A stretch of 64,000 nt of DNA from a virus (IMGVR_UViG_3300046522_000316:96001-160000); one strand, 5' to 3'. Positions 53,141-63,165 are shown, counted from the first letter of the stretch. The notes: generated by a model from the sequence alone, not told the origin. Numbers and translations: made by a program.

Positions 53141-54952
53141 ATGGAAATGCAATTGGCTGTGGCCGCAGTACGACTTAGTGTTGCGCGCCCATTCGTAAAG
53201 GGCTGGAATAAAAACGGAATCGGTGTGAAAGCCGTCCGTAAATTCCTGCCTAAAAATAGCAAAGGTTATCGGCTGTATATGCCGATCAAGAAAACGAAGG
53301 CCGACCGCGTAGTGGTGCCACATGCGGTGTTCCACGCAATCCACGAAGCCGGTTACAGCATCGAAGATTACATCAACGGAATCGCGGTGGCTCCGGACGG
53401 TAAACGTCGCGTGCGTATCGGCAAGATTTTGCGCGATGCAGAAGCCATTAAAGAATTCGCAAACGATCCGCAACGTTCGGCCCACAAAGACGAATACACC
53501 TGCGTGATTTCTGCGCATCCTTACGATGTGATCGGAATGTCTACCGGGCGCCGTTGGGATAAGACGACCTGCATGCGCTTAGCAACGCCTGAGAACAAAG
53601 GTGACGCAGGCGAGAAGGCCGTAGAATTCATGCCGGGCACCGTTGCGGAAGGCACGTTGGTTGCCTACGTGATCAGCCCCAAAGATAAAAACATCAACAA
53701 GCCTCACGCTCGCCTGTTGATCAAACCGTACAAGAAAGCCGACGATCAATCTTTCGTTTATTTCAAAGTCGAAACCGCTGTTTACGGCCAGCCTATTCCC
53801 GGTTTTAAACGCACTGTTGAAAACTGGTTGAAGCGTGTGAACAAAGGCGCGCAGGCCGGTATCTACAAGCTGCACAACAGCGTGCATATCGACGGCTCTG
53901 ATGATAAGCGCACGGCGATCATCGCGGATTACGAAACGATCAAAGATAAAGACAATTTCATTCTGAAAAATATGTACCCGGCTGGCGGGCCGAAAGTCTG
54001 GCTGACCGCCGACAAACGTTGGTTGCCCGACATGCTGCGCATCACCACCGACATTCACAATCTGGAAGAAATTCTGAATGCTGCGCGTGGCCTCAACATG
54101 GGCGCGAAAAAGATCGGTGCGATTTACGATCAGGTTATTCCTGCTGACGATCTGCGCAATTACGATCTGGCCGAATTCCTGATGGGCACGCATGCACAGG
54201 AATTGTTCGAAACCAGTAAACACCTTGGTGATGCTGCGCACGAACAATTCGCGTGGAACGAAGACGAAGAACCTACCAACGCCGGTCATGCAATGAAATA
54301 CGGCCTGTACGATTCGCGCTGGCTGGCGAACGTTGACGATATCAGCACCGACCTTTTGCGGCAGGCTGCGCAGAAGTTTATTTATGGCGCTTACCACTGG
54401 ACGAAAGAACTGCAAGATTCTCGGACGCCGGGCGCTGAAAAGATTCGTCTGTATTTCGCATTTGTTTCGCACGGACTTCTGGCCGACACTGGCTGGCTCA
54501 CTCCGCGTGTGAAAATCCAGAACCTGAAAGACTTCGTGAAGAAATCGAAAATTCCTGCCGGTTGGGATGAAAAGATTGTGGACATTGTGCGGTCGTTTGA
54601 CTGGCACCCGAATTTCCGCAACTCGACCTCGAATAATCTTCAGGGTGAAGCCTGCGTGCTGAATGCGGCGCCGGACTGGGCAGCTGTGTTCCCTGAATGG
54701 ATTCCCGAAGCGCGTAAATACCTGAGCGAAAAAGCGGTTGGTGTTCTGGCTAAAATGGCGAAGCACAACAAAGCAATTCGCGAACAGTTGGTCTACTGGG
54801 CCTACGCGCAAAACCGCGATGCACTTTCCAACGGATACCACTGGTTCACCACACGTAAAAACGTGCGTGATTTTATTCACCGCGTAGCTGAATCCAAAGG
54901 CGATGGCGAAGCCGAAGTATTCGCCCAACGCATTCTGTCCCTACAGAGTTAA
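53141..54952 (+). CDS. Tagged large protein, paralog 1 (MEMQLAVAA)
   Basis: HPYDVIGMSTGRRWD..CMRL domain shared with next two genes. Confidence 0.8.
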   Translation: MEMQLAVAAVRLSVARPFVKGWNKNGIGVKAVRKFLPKNSKGYRLYMPIKKTKADRVVVPHAVFHAIHEAGYSIEDYINGIAVAPDGKRRVRIGKILRDAEAIKEFANDPQRSAHKDEYTCVISAHPYDVIGMSTGRRWDKTTCMRLATPENKGDAGEKAVEFMPGTVAEGTLVAYVISPKDKNINKPHARLLIKPYKKADDQSFVYFKVETAVYGQPIPGFKRTVENWLKRVNKGAQAGIYKLHNSVHIDGSDDKRTAIIADYETIKDKDNFILKNMYPAGGPKVWLTADKRWLPDMLRITTDIHNLEEILNAARGLNMGAKKIGAIYDQVIPADDLRNYDLAEFLMGTHAQELFETSKHLGDAAHEQFAWNEDEEPTNAGHAMKYGLYDSRWLANVDDISTDLLRQAAQKFIYGAYHWTKELQDSRTPGAEKIRLYFAFVSHGLLADTGWLTPRVKIQNLKDFVKKSKIPAGWDEKIVDIVRSFDWHPNFRNSTSNNLQGEACVLNAAPDWAAVFPEWIPEARKYLSEKAVGVLAKMAKHNKAIREQLVYWAYAQNRDALSNGYHWFTTRKNVRDFIHRVAESKGDGEAEVFAQRILSLQS

Positions 54953-54956
54953 ACAA

Positions 54957-57716
54957 ATGAAATTAGAAATGGCATTGGCCGCCGTGTCCATGAAAACGGC
55001 ACTGAAATATCGCCGCAATTGGGATCGCAATGCACCGATTGTGAAGCTGTTGCAATCCATGATGCCGTTCGGGCCGGGCAAGAAAGGGTATCGCCTGTAT
55101 TTCGATATCGGTGTGAACCATAAAGCGCACTTCACGGTTCCCCCGGCTGTGCGTTCGGCCCTGCAAAAAGCAGGCTATGCACCAACCGATTATCTGGCGA
55201 AGAAATGCGTCAAGATCGGTGACAAAGAACAGAAGAACGTTTTCAATATCGGCAAAGTAATTGCGAAAGATCCACACGCAAAAGCGGCGTTCGATAACGA
55301 TCCACAATTGCAGAACACCAAACAGGGTGCGTTGCAGGTCGTGATCAGCTGTCACCCGTATGACGTAATCGGTATGAGTACCGGGCGTGCGTGGGACAAA
55401 ATGTCGTGCATGCGCCTTGCTGATGGCGAACACCGTCTCGATCCCGGTTCGAACTCGCATTACGTGCGCAACGACGTTTCGGAAGGCACCTTGGTTGCCT
55501 ACGTTGTCGGCGCCGATGATTCGAATATTCAGCAACCGAAAGCACGCTGCTTGCTGAAGCCTTTCTACAACGAAAAAGGCGAAGTGCTTTATCGTCGTGA
55601 AACCCGCATTTACGGCAACCCGGTTCCCGGTTTCGATATTATTCTTTCGCGTTTTCTGCGTAAGATTAATGCGCACCTTCCGGAAGGCACGTTCCAAATG
55701 GCTAAGGGCCTTTACAACGACGGCATGGGCGATTACACGTACCACAAACCGAGCCATGACGATAACCTGTCGATTGAAGACGTGACGCTTGATCCTGCGC
55801 ACGCCGTGCAATACGTGCAGCAGCAAGTGAAAGCCATGGAAGATCATGCTTTCCGTGATGATCATATCGACAATATCATCACCTTCCTGAACAACGATGA
55901 AATTCAAAGTCGTTTGAAAGAAACGCAAATTGATGAAATCGTCGAAACCCTCAAAGGCGTGAAGGCCGCAGTTAACGGCATTCATTTGCTGGCCTACAAA
56001 GACCAGCCTTTGAGTACGGTGCTGGCCGAAGTCGGTCGCCGCATTGGTTCGTTCGAGAAAACGAAAGGCTTCACGAAAGAAATTCTGGCTGGTCTGGATG
56101 ACGACCGTGTTCACAACCTTTCGCACGGTGGGGGCAATCCCGTAATCGAAGCGCTTAGCCGCGTGGAAGATTTGAACGATTATGAACTGCGTGATAATTC
56201 CCGCATTTTCAAAATGATCCTCACTGGCAAAACTCCAGTGCCTTCGAAAGAAGAATTGGAAAACTTGCCGAATTGCGCACGCATTTTGAATACCGCTGCG
56301 CACGCTGCCCGCCACATGACGATGCTCAATGATGATTCGATGCAGAAAGGTGCATACGCAATTATCGACCTTGGAATTGATGTGGAAAACGCAATCTGGC
56401 TCGGCCCGGATGCAGCTGACATGATGTACGCAACTGGCGGCATTAATCTTTTCCTCGGTTATGTGATGGATAACGTCGGCAAACTGAGTTCGGATGCGTT
56501 GTGGGCCGCTGACCCTGCCGTAACCGCATTGGCGCTCGCGAATCGCCGGGTGTTCCGCTTCCTTGATAAACAGGAAGATCGCCAAATTGCATTCATGATG
56601 GATCATGTGAAAATGGAACAGGTTAAATATCTGATCCTGAATCCGAGTAAAGAACAACTTTTCAAAGACAACAAAGCGGCGCTCATTAAATACCTCGACG
56701 ATAACGAGGAAGTTATTCCGTCGATCCTCGGCAATGGTTGGGAACCGCAGTACGTGAAAAACTTGGCGAATCTCCATTTGCCAGCCGTAATGCATTTGAC
56801 CGAAAGCGATGGCATTTTCACTTCGGGACTAGCCGATACGATGCAGGGGATTATCCCGGCACTTATGGCATGGGACGGCCCGAAACTGGAACCGCTGACC
56901 ACCGATATCGAAAACGCATTGCAGATTATTGTGCAGGCCGGGAACCTTCTGGATAAACCGTTGCATTTGGAACGGAAAATCGACGAAGAACAATTCGAAA
57001 TTCGCGATATCACGGATGTTTCCGACAACTACGTGCAACGCGCTGGCGCCAATCGCTACACCCGCATTAAATCGTTCCCTGAATTGCTGTATAAACTGGA
57101 TTTCAACGGCGAACGTGCGGACATTACCCATTCGACCGAACTCATGGAACATTTGGGCGGCGATGCATTCGGTTGGGTTCCTACCGAGAAGCTTCCGGGC
57201 GAAGTTCGCGGCATGCTGAAACTGGTTCGTGAAATGGATTTAGATCCTGCAATTGATGCGCTCTACAGCCTGATCAACGCCACGCGTTTGCTTCCATTGG
57301 AAGAGGTGGATGCGGGCGTTGAACGACGCATGAATGATCGTGAAATTTTCATGCCCGACGATGACGTATTGGACGAAGACGCTTACGAAGAGGCGGATGC
57401 CGCCTACAATGAAATTCGTCAATCAATTGAAGATGAAATCATTGAGAACAATTACAAAACCCTTCGCCTCAATCGCAAGCTGTTGGAAGCGTTGGAAAAA
57501 GTGAAAGACTTCGTGGGCTACGACGAAGACGTTGATTATTTCGATGACGATGCACCACTCGCCACATTCGCCACCGATTTGACGAACGTTTCCGAAGACG
57601 ATTACGCTGACAATGAAGACCGCGTGCGTGATTTGCGGGCTGAGTTGAAAAGCGAATGCGAAAGCCGTCCGAACGAACAGCAGGAAATGGAAGACGACGC
57701 TGGTTTCAGCGAATAA
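54957..57716 (+). CDS. Tagged large protein, paralog 2 (MKLEMALAA)
   Basis: ATG 54957 follows upstream stop; shared N-terminal domain; acidic C-terminus. Confidence 0.8.
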   Translation: MKLEMALAAVSMKTALKYRRNWDRNAPIVKLLQSMMPFGPGKKGYRLYFDIGVNHKAHFTVPPAVRSALQKAGYAPTDYLAKKCVKIGDKEQKNVFNIGKVIAKDPHAKAAFDNDPQLQNTKQGALQVVISCHPYDVIGMSTGRAWDKMSCMRLADGEHRLDPGSNSHYVRNDVSEGTLVAYVVGADDSNIQQPKARCLLKPFYNEKGEVLYRRETRIYGNPVPGFDIILSRFLRKINAHLPEGTFQMAKGLYNDGMGDYTYHKPSHDDNLSIEDVTLDPAHAVQYVQQQVKAMEDHAFRDDHIDNIITFLNNDEIQSRLKETQIDEIVETLKGVKAAVNGIHLLAYKDQPLSTVLAEVGRRIGSFEKTKGFTKEILAGLDDDRVHNLSHGGGNPVIEALSRVEDLNDYELRDNSRIFKMILTGKTPVPSKEELENLPNCARILNTAAHAARHMTMLNDDSMQKGAYAIIDLGIDVENAIWLGPDAADMMYATGGINLFLGYVMDNVGKLSSDALWAADPAVTALALANRRVFRFLDKQEDRQIAFMMDHVKMEQVKYLILNPSKEQLFKDNKAALIKYLDDNEEVIPSILGNGWEPQYVKNLANLHLPAVMHLTESDGIFTSGLADTMQGIIPALMAWDGPKLEPLTTDIENALQIIVQAGNLLDKPLHLERKIDEEQFEIRDITDVSDNYVQRAGANRYTRIKSFPELLYKLDFNGERADITHSTELMEHLGGDAFGWVPTEKLPGEVRGMLKLVREMDLDPAIDALYSLINATRLLPLEEVDAGVERRMNDREIFMPDDDVLDEDAYEEADAAYNEIRQSIEDEIIENNYKTLRLNRKLLEALEKVKDFVGYDEDVDYFDDDAPLATFATDLTNVSEDDYADNEDRVRDLRAELKSECESRPNEQQEMEDDAGFSE

Positions 57717-57741
57717 AAACAGTAATTTTATAGTATGTTAC

Positions 57742-57777
57742 GCCGGGAAGGTTTAGGCTGACCCGGCTTTCTTTTTT
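57742..57777 (+). terminator. Probable terminator
   Basis: GCCGGG / CCCGGC stem then TTTCTTTTTT. Confidence 0.6.
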
Positions 57778-57791
57778 ATGGATCAAAAAAC

Positions 57792-60455
57792 ATGCTAATT
57801 GACTTGGCTTTCCTCGGTACAGCAGCGGTTTCAATGCGTAGTGCTTTGAAATACCGCCGCAATTGGGATAAGAACGGGCCGACCGTTCAACTGCTTCGCA
57901 AATTCATGCCGCGTGGTTCCAAAGGGTTTCGCGTTTATGTTCCCATTGGTCACGCACAAGTTACGAACAACGTGGTCATTCCGTTGCCAGTTCGTTTGGC
58001 CGTTCGCAAAGCCGGTTTCCGCATCACTGATTACCGGGCGAAACGCTGCGTTAAGCTGAACGATAAAGATCAGAAAAACGTATTCAATATCGGTAAGGTT
58101 ATTTCGAAAGATTCCGTGGCTAAGGCCGCATTCGACAATGACCCGCAATTGCAGAACAGTTCTACCTCCGAATTCACAATGGTTATTTCCTGTCACCCAT
58201 ACGACATTATCGGTATGTCCACTGGCCGTGATTGGGATGAAACCAGCTGCATGCGCATGGGCGATTATCGCGACGATTACAGCGATGGTTCCAACGTCAG
58301 TTATTTGAAACACGACGTGGCCGAAGGAACGTTGGTTGTTTACGCCGTGCGCTCTGATGATCCAAATATCACGAAACCGTTGGGTCGTTGCCTGTTGAAA
58401 CCTTTCCTGCGTGATGACGGATCGGGTTCTATTTTCTACCGTCGTGAAACCGATGTTTATGGCAACCCGGTTCCCGGTCTGGCTGAAACGTTGGCGCGCT
58501 TCCTGCGCAAATTGAATGCCGGTGTTCCTGCCGGGATTTATAAGCTCAACGAAAAGCTTTACAACGACGGCCTTGTACCGCGTGCAGAGAACGATGGTTC
58601 TTCCGAAGGGCCAACCGTTGACTGGGCAGTGGTTGACGATCAGCAGAAGCTGAAAGAACGCCCGGAAATGTTTGCAGATTTTGCGAACTATTTGATGAAA
58701 CGAAACGCGGAAGGAATCACCGACACCAGTGTGGTGATCAACATCCTGATCGACCATGCAAAAACGATCAACGCACGTTTCGTTAAACCAGCGGCCCGCG
58801 TACTTGCCAATCCGAAATTCGCTGCTGCATTCCTTGAACATGCTGCGTCTTCTTTCTCGGATTCCGATTCGGATAGCATCGCTAAATTCATGGCATCGCC
58901 TGAGTTCCGCCGTGCGCTGTTGCTGGCTGAACGCGAAGCAGAAGAGGCGCCGGATACCTACCGTTCGCTTTCGTTCCTGAGTCCGAAAAACGCACATCGT
59001 TATTTCGTGCGTGAAGTAAAAGACAATCCGGACAATTACAACTATGCGGCAATCAGCTACGCGTGCGGCACCGTTGACCTGTTGCCGGACGATGTTGAAT
59101 CCATTCCAGAACTGCACAAACTCGTATTTAAATATGCGGAATTGATTCGCGAAAGTTCTGTGTTTGGTTCGACTGCCTATCAGGAATCGGCACACCGCGT
59201 GCTGTCTACGGTTGAGCCGTACAAAGGCGATTACACGGAAGCGGAAATTCAGGATATCGCGGTAACGTTGGCCGGTGACAAAAAGACTTATCGCGCAATC
59301 ATCGCGTGGTTTATCAATTCCACCAGCGCAAACGACATTGTGACCTCTGATCTGCTGGCCGGTTTCATTCGCGAAGCCCGTTTCCGTTGGGCGCTGCGTG
59401 ATCGTCGGATGCGTAAACGAATTCTCGGCCTGAAAAACATTTCTGCAACAGCGCAAGAAATGGTTGTGCGGTCTATCGACGAACTGATGGACAACCACGA
59501 CGCACAGGATGCAGCCAGCATTCAACGTGACCTGATTGCCCATATGCGCCGTGGTGGTTTCGACTGCCTGACTGCGAAGATGTATATGCGCATTTTGGGT
59601 AACGCACCGCAGCTGTTTAAATCCATCTGGTATTCGCAGGAAAACGAACTCAATGCCAATCTGGTCGAAGAGCTTCTGACCCGGCCTTCGATGTTGAGCA
59701 ACTGCGTTCGTGAGAATCCAGATGCTGTGCCGCAAAACGAATTCCAGAAGAATATTTTCCGTGTGGCGAAAACGTTCGTGGTTGTAATCGGGGAACCAAC
59801 CGAGGAAGACAAAAAGATCGGCGTTGTCGATCCGGACGTAATGAAAATTCTGGTTAAATTCGGTGGTGGAATGCGTGCCCTTGGGCATTACATTATCAAC
59901 CTCGCGGATTACCCGGACTTGCTGAACGGTTCGACCTACGTTGGCGCCGGTATTTTCCCGCTGGATTTGATCGGTGAAGACAACGGCCACAAGTTCCTTG
60001 AATCGCTGCGAGAAAAAGATATCGACGCAACGCAAACCCTGTTGAAAGCTGTAGCGCACGATTTCGCGCAAATGGGTTTGTACGCGGGCGCAGCTACCCG
60101 GCAGAATCGCGTTCTCAGTAATGCCGGTGCCCCTAGCGGTATTGCAACGATGGCGAAATCCCCGCCAGAATTCGCGGTCGCGGCCCAAGGGCGTTACGTT
60201 GCGGCAATTCAGAAGGTGAACAGTTTTATCGAAAACTTCCCGGTAAACGGGACTATCGAAGACTGGGAAAAACTTCTGCCTCTGATGGATATGGAACATC
60301 TGCCAGCCTTCAACGAAATGGTGGACGGCATGCTGGATAATCAGCGGCAAGTTCAACAGACCGCGCAGATGTTTGCGATGTTTGCCCAAGGCGAAACGAA
60401 AGAGGCATTGAAGGCCGCGCTTCCGCCTGACTGGCTCACGATAAAGGATTTGTAA
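57792..60455 (+). CDS. Large protein, paralog 3 (variant tag MLIDLAFLGTAA)
   Basis: Shared N-terminal domain with 53141 and 54957. Confidence 0.8.
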   Translation: MLIDLAFLGTAAVSMRSALKYRRNWDKNGPTVQLLRKFMPRGSKGFRVYVPIGHAQVTNNVVIPLPVRLAVRKAGFRITDYRAKRCVKLNDKDQKNVFNIGKVISKDSVAKAAFDNDPQLQNSSTSEFTMVISCHPYDIIGMSTGRDWDETSCMRMGDYRDDYSDGSNVSYLKHDVAEGTLVVYAVRSDDPNITKPLGRCLLKPFLRDDGSGSIFYRRETDVYGNPVPGLAETLARFLRKLNAGVPAGIYKLNEKLYNDGLVPRAENDGSSEGPTVDWAVVDDQQKLKERPEMFADFANYLMKRNAEGITDTSVVINILIDHAKTINARFVKPAARVLANPKFAAAFLEHAASSFSDSDSDSIAKFMASPEFRRALLLAEREAEEAPDTYRSLSFLSPKNAHRYFVREVKDNPDNYNYAAISYACGTVDLLPDDVESIPELHKLVFKYAELIRESSVFGSTAYQESAHRVLSTVEPYKGDYTEAEIQDIAVTLAGDKKTYRAIIAWFINSTSANDIVTSDLLAGFIREARFRWALRDRRMRKRILGLKNISATAQEMVVRSIDELMDNHDAQDAASIQRDLIAHMRRGGFDCLTAKMYMRILGNAPQLFKSIWYSQENELNANLVEELLTRPSMLSNCVRENPDAVPQNEFQKNIFRVAKTFVVVIGEPTEEDKKIGVVDPDVMKILVKFGGGMRALGHYIINLADYPDLLNGSTYVGAGIFPLDLIGEDNGHKFLESLREKDIDATQTLLKAVAHDFAQMGLYAGAATRQNRVLSNAGAPSGIATMAKSPPEFAVAAQGRYVAAIQKVNSFIENFPVNGTIEDWEKLLPLMDMEHLPAFNEMVDGMLDNQRQVQQTAQMFAMFAQGETKEALKAALPPDWLTIKDL

Positions 60456-60881
60456 ATGGAACTTTTTATTGCACTAGCTGCCGAGGATGTGAGCGCACGG
60501 ATTTCTGACGGTGTGCGTTCCATTCTGAAAAAGTCGTACAGTTCGTTGTTTGCCAATGTGTTCGTGCGGGTTTTCGATATTGATGATCGGCACAAATCTG
60601 ATATCAAAATCGTTCGTGAAATGGCGAAAGAATTTGCACCGGTTTGGGTTACTGTCGAGAACGCACAGCACGATATCGTGACGTTTGTTTTCGCGGTGCC
60701 TACGCTGGCGCCTGTGCTGCACATTCCGAATCCGCCGCTGGCCTACGTGATCCACAACGAAAAAGTCGAGCAATTCAAACTCGAACCACGCGTTGTACAG
60801 GTTCGCGGTGCTGACTACGCAATCGCTGCTGCTGTCGCACGCCGGGCACCGAACTTTATCGAAATTGGAGTGAGCAAATAA
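60456..60881 (+). CDS. Tagged hypothetical protein (MELFIALAA)
   Basis: Shared N-terminal tag. Confidence 0.7.
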   Translation: MELFIALAAEDVSARISDGVRSILKKSYSSLFANVFVRVFDIDDRHKSDIKIVREMAKEFAPVWVTVENAQHDIVTFVFAVPTLAPVLHIPNPPLAYVIHNEKVEQFKLEPRVVQVRGADYAIAAAVARRAPNFIEIGVSK

Positions 60882-61105
60882 TGGAAATGATCCTCTCGCT
60901 TGCGCGGGCTGGATCGGCGGAACGGTGGGATGCAATTCCAGAAGTACGGTTCGACCGTGCGAAGGAAGGGCACTCACTGAATGCGTCCGGCAAACTCACA
61001 AAAAAGCGCCGCAGAAAACGCCTGAAAAGCGGACTGATCGACACGCCTCTAAAGGGCGCAGAGAAACGGCAAATGGATATTCAGGACACGGTTAGATGCC
61101 CGTGA
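60881..61105 (+). CDS. Tagged small basic protein (MEMILSLAR)
   Basis: Shared N-terminal tag. Confidence 0.65.
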   Translation: MEMILSLARAGSAERWDAIPEVRFDRAKEGHSLNASGKLTKKRRRKRLKSGLIDTPLKGAEKRQMDIQDTVRCP

Positions 61106-61112
61106 GGTAGAT

Positions 61113-61376
61113 ATGCCAAAGCTAACAATTAAAGGTCGTGCCAAACAATCGGATGGCGTGCAAAAACCTGAACACGATGGCGCTCGCATTTTACGTTGGG
61201 AAGACGACGACAAAATGATGCACGATGTACCGAAGGCTAAAAAAGCTTCGTTGCTGAAAGATCGCACGCGTTCCGGGCAGCAAGGCGCCATGGCTTTCCC
61301 GCACGATTACATCGACAAAATGCACGTGTCCAAATCGAACTGGTTGGGCCGTCGTGAACGGGGACGCCAACGATGA
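61113..61376 (+). CDS. Small basic hypothetical protein
   Basis: GAGGT RBS. Confidence 0.65.
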   Translation: MPKLTIKGRAKQSDGVQKPEHDGARILRWEDDDKMMHDVPKAKKASLLKDRTRSGQQGAMAFPHDYIDKMHVSKSNWLGRRERGRQR

Positions 61377-61999
61377 CCGAGATTACGATTGACGGGTGGG
61401 CCTGCGACAACGAAGACAAAGAACCAGTCGAATCGACCGGGCGTCTTCGTGATATTTTCGGTGATCCTTTTAAAGATTTCCGCGAAATGCAGGACGCGAA
61501 GAAAAAGAATCAGTGGCAAGAAATCGAAATTGATTTGAATCCAGAAGTGAACCCGCTGTCGCCCGAAGGTTTCGACCAGACGTTTCAGCAGGTTGCGCAG
61601 GCCACGAAACCGCGACCGAAAGGGATTGGTGAAGACTGGTTCCGTTCGTTGCTGCGCAAAGGCCTTCAGAACGCGCAGGCCAACAAAGAACGCAACGCAC
61701 TGGCAACCGCTAGCGATCCAACTGGAAAGCAGCAGCACGGCGACCACAAGGCCGATGGCAAGTTGGCACGCACGGCGAAAGTGGCACAAGACCACAAGAT
61801 GAAAAAGCAGCAAGCTTTGCGGGATCTGCAAAAGCGTTTGGCAACCGTCAACAGCAAACGCCCGAAAGATCCAACGAAGGTAAAAGCGTGGTCGGATCGT
61901 CGCCAAGCGCTGGTGAAAAAGATTGCAGAAAAACGTGAGTCGATGCGTTTCTCTGACAAGCGTGTGGCTGGTCTACGGGAGGAACGCCGTGGAAATTGA
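61373..61999 (+). CDS. Hypothetical protein
   Basis: ATGA-coupled ORF. Confidence 0.7.
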   Translation: MTEITIDGWACDNEDKEPVESTGRLRDIFGDPFKDFREMQDAKKKNQWQEIEIDLNPEVNPLSPEGFDQTFQQVAQATKPRPKGIGEDWFRSLLRKGLQNAQANKERNALATASDPTGKQQHGDHKADGKLARTAKVAQDHKMKKQQALRDLQKRLATVNSKRPKDPTKVKAWSDRRQALVKKIAEKRESMRFSDKRVAGLREERRGN

Positions 62000-62375
62000 A
62001 ATGGATTTTCAGAAACCGAATGGACTCGAATTAAGCACGCTGCACAATTTGGGGCAGATGCTTATCGAGTACATGCCGGACTGGTCGCCAAATTATATGC
62101 GCTGTGATTCGCCTGTCGATCTTCGGGGTTTCTTCCTGAATGGCAAAATGTTCACCCGCGCAACGTATCAGTTTTCCAAATACGGAAATGAATTCTTTAT
62201 TCACGTGGACTTCCGCGACACCGTGGAAATTTATGTGGTTCAGAAAAAGGTCGGGGAAGTTATCCGGCGCAAACTTTACACTGTGGATAGGCCGGATAGC
62301 CTGAAACTTTTCCGCATCATTACAGACGAATTGGAGACGGCTACTAATGCCTATCAAGAAAGCGAAGCCAATTAA
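61989..62375 (+). CDS. Hypothetical protein
   Basis: GGAGG then GTG 61989. Confidence 0.65.
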   Translation: MEIEMDFQKPNGLELSTLHNLGQMLIEYMPDWSPNYMRCDSPVDLRGFFLNGKMFTRATYQFSKYGNEFFIHVDFRDTVEIYVVQKKVGEVIRRKLYTVDRPDSLKLFRIITDELETATNAYQESEAN

Positions 62376-62787
62376 AAAGTCCAGCACCAAGTCTGGCAAG
62401 AAAGCAAAAGTCAGTGCGGTTGCAACGCGGGCGCGTAAGCTGGGCCTGACTTCGCACGGTTATGGTCGGTGGGGTAAAAACGGGCGTATCACGCACCGTA
62501 CCGCTGGCAATAAATTGGTCGAAGTTAAAGACAGCAAACACAACCGGGTAATGACTCGCGAAGGCAAAAGCAAAGCCAGTACCTTGCTTGCAAAAATGAG
62601 CGCCGACTACACGCAGAAAGCCGTGAAAATCAAAATGGCACTCAAGAAGGCAGAAGGCCGCGACGACAAAGAACAGGTTTCCCATCTGAAACAGTTGCTC
62701 GCCAAAGCTCAGAAAGAAATGGAAAAGGCGCGTGAGCGTACTTTGAAACTGCATGGCCGTCCGAAGAAACAAGCGGGCGCCGCGTAA
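62347..62787 (+). CDS. Basic hypothetical protein
   Basis: GGAG RBS; Lys/Arg-rich; LGLTSHGYGRWG. Confidence 0.7.
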   Translation: MPIKKAKPIKKSSTKSGKKAKVSAVATRARKLGLTSHGYGRWGKNGRITHRTAGNKLVEVKDSKHNRVMTREGKSKASTLLAKMSADYTQKAVKIKMALKKAEGRDDKEQVSHLKQLLAKAQKEMEKARERTLKLHGRPKKQAGAA

Positions 62788-62800
62788 ATTGACCACAAAC

Positions 62801-62845
62801 AAAAAAGCCCCCGAATCCAATGCGGAAACGGGGGCTTTTTCTTTT
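62801..62845. terminator. Bidirectional terminator at convergent units
   Basis: A6-GCCCCCG ... CGGGGGC-T5. Confidence 0.85.
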
Positions 62846-62848
62846 CTG

Positions 62849-63085
62849 TTACATGCTGAACAGTACGTTGCGGTCTAGGTCGTGTTTATCGCAGAACACT
62901 TGGGCTTCCCGTTCTGCATTAGCTGCTTCTGATGCGGTGTAGATACCAGATGCAGCGCGACGGGCCGCTAGTTCTGCCTGTAGATAATCCGTCATGAATA
63001 CCGCCAGCTTAACGGATGCGCCGTGGCAGATTTCAACGCCTTCAGCGGCCAATACACGGGCGATTGCGTCTTCTAGGTCGTTCAT
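62849..63085 (-). CDS. Small hypothetical protein
   Basis: AGGAAG RBS before ATG at 63085; behind sigma70-like promoter. Confidence 0.7.
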   Translation of the reverse strand: MNDLEDAIARVLAAEGVEICHGASVKLAVFMTDYLQAELAARRAASGIYTASEAANAEREAQVFCDKHDLDRNVLFSM

Positions 63086-63126
63086 TGTGGGGCTTCCTGA
63101 GTTGTGAAAGAGCGGGTGAAGGCCCA

Positions 63127-63156
63127 AAGGTATCAAAGGCCCGGCCTGCAAGTCAA
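63127..63156 (-). promoter_or_regulatory. Host sigma70-type promoter with extended -10
   Basis: TTGACT-N18-TACCTT; shares CCTTTGATACCTT with the 8394 promoter. Confidence 0.6.
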
Positions 63157-63165
63157 CCACAAACG

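Noticed and set aside
54903-54956. Upstream start for paralog 2 given by the ORF track
   Set aside because: Overlaps the previous gene; ATG 54957 gives the shared tag and aligns with the paralogs
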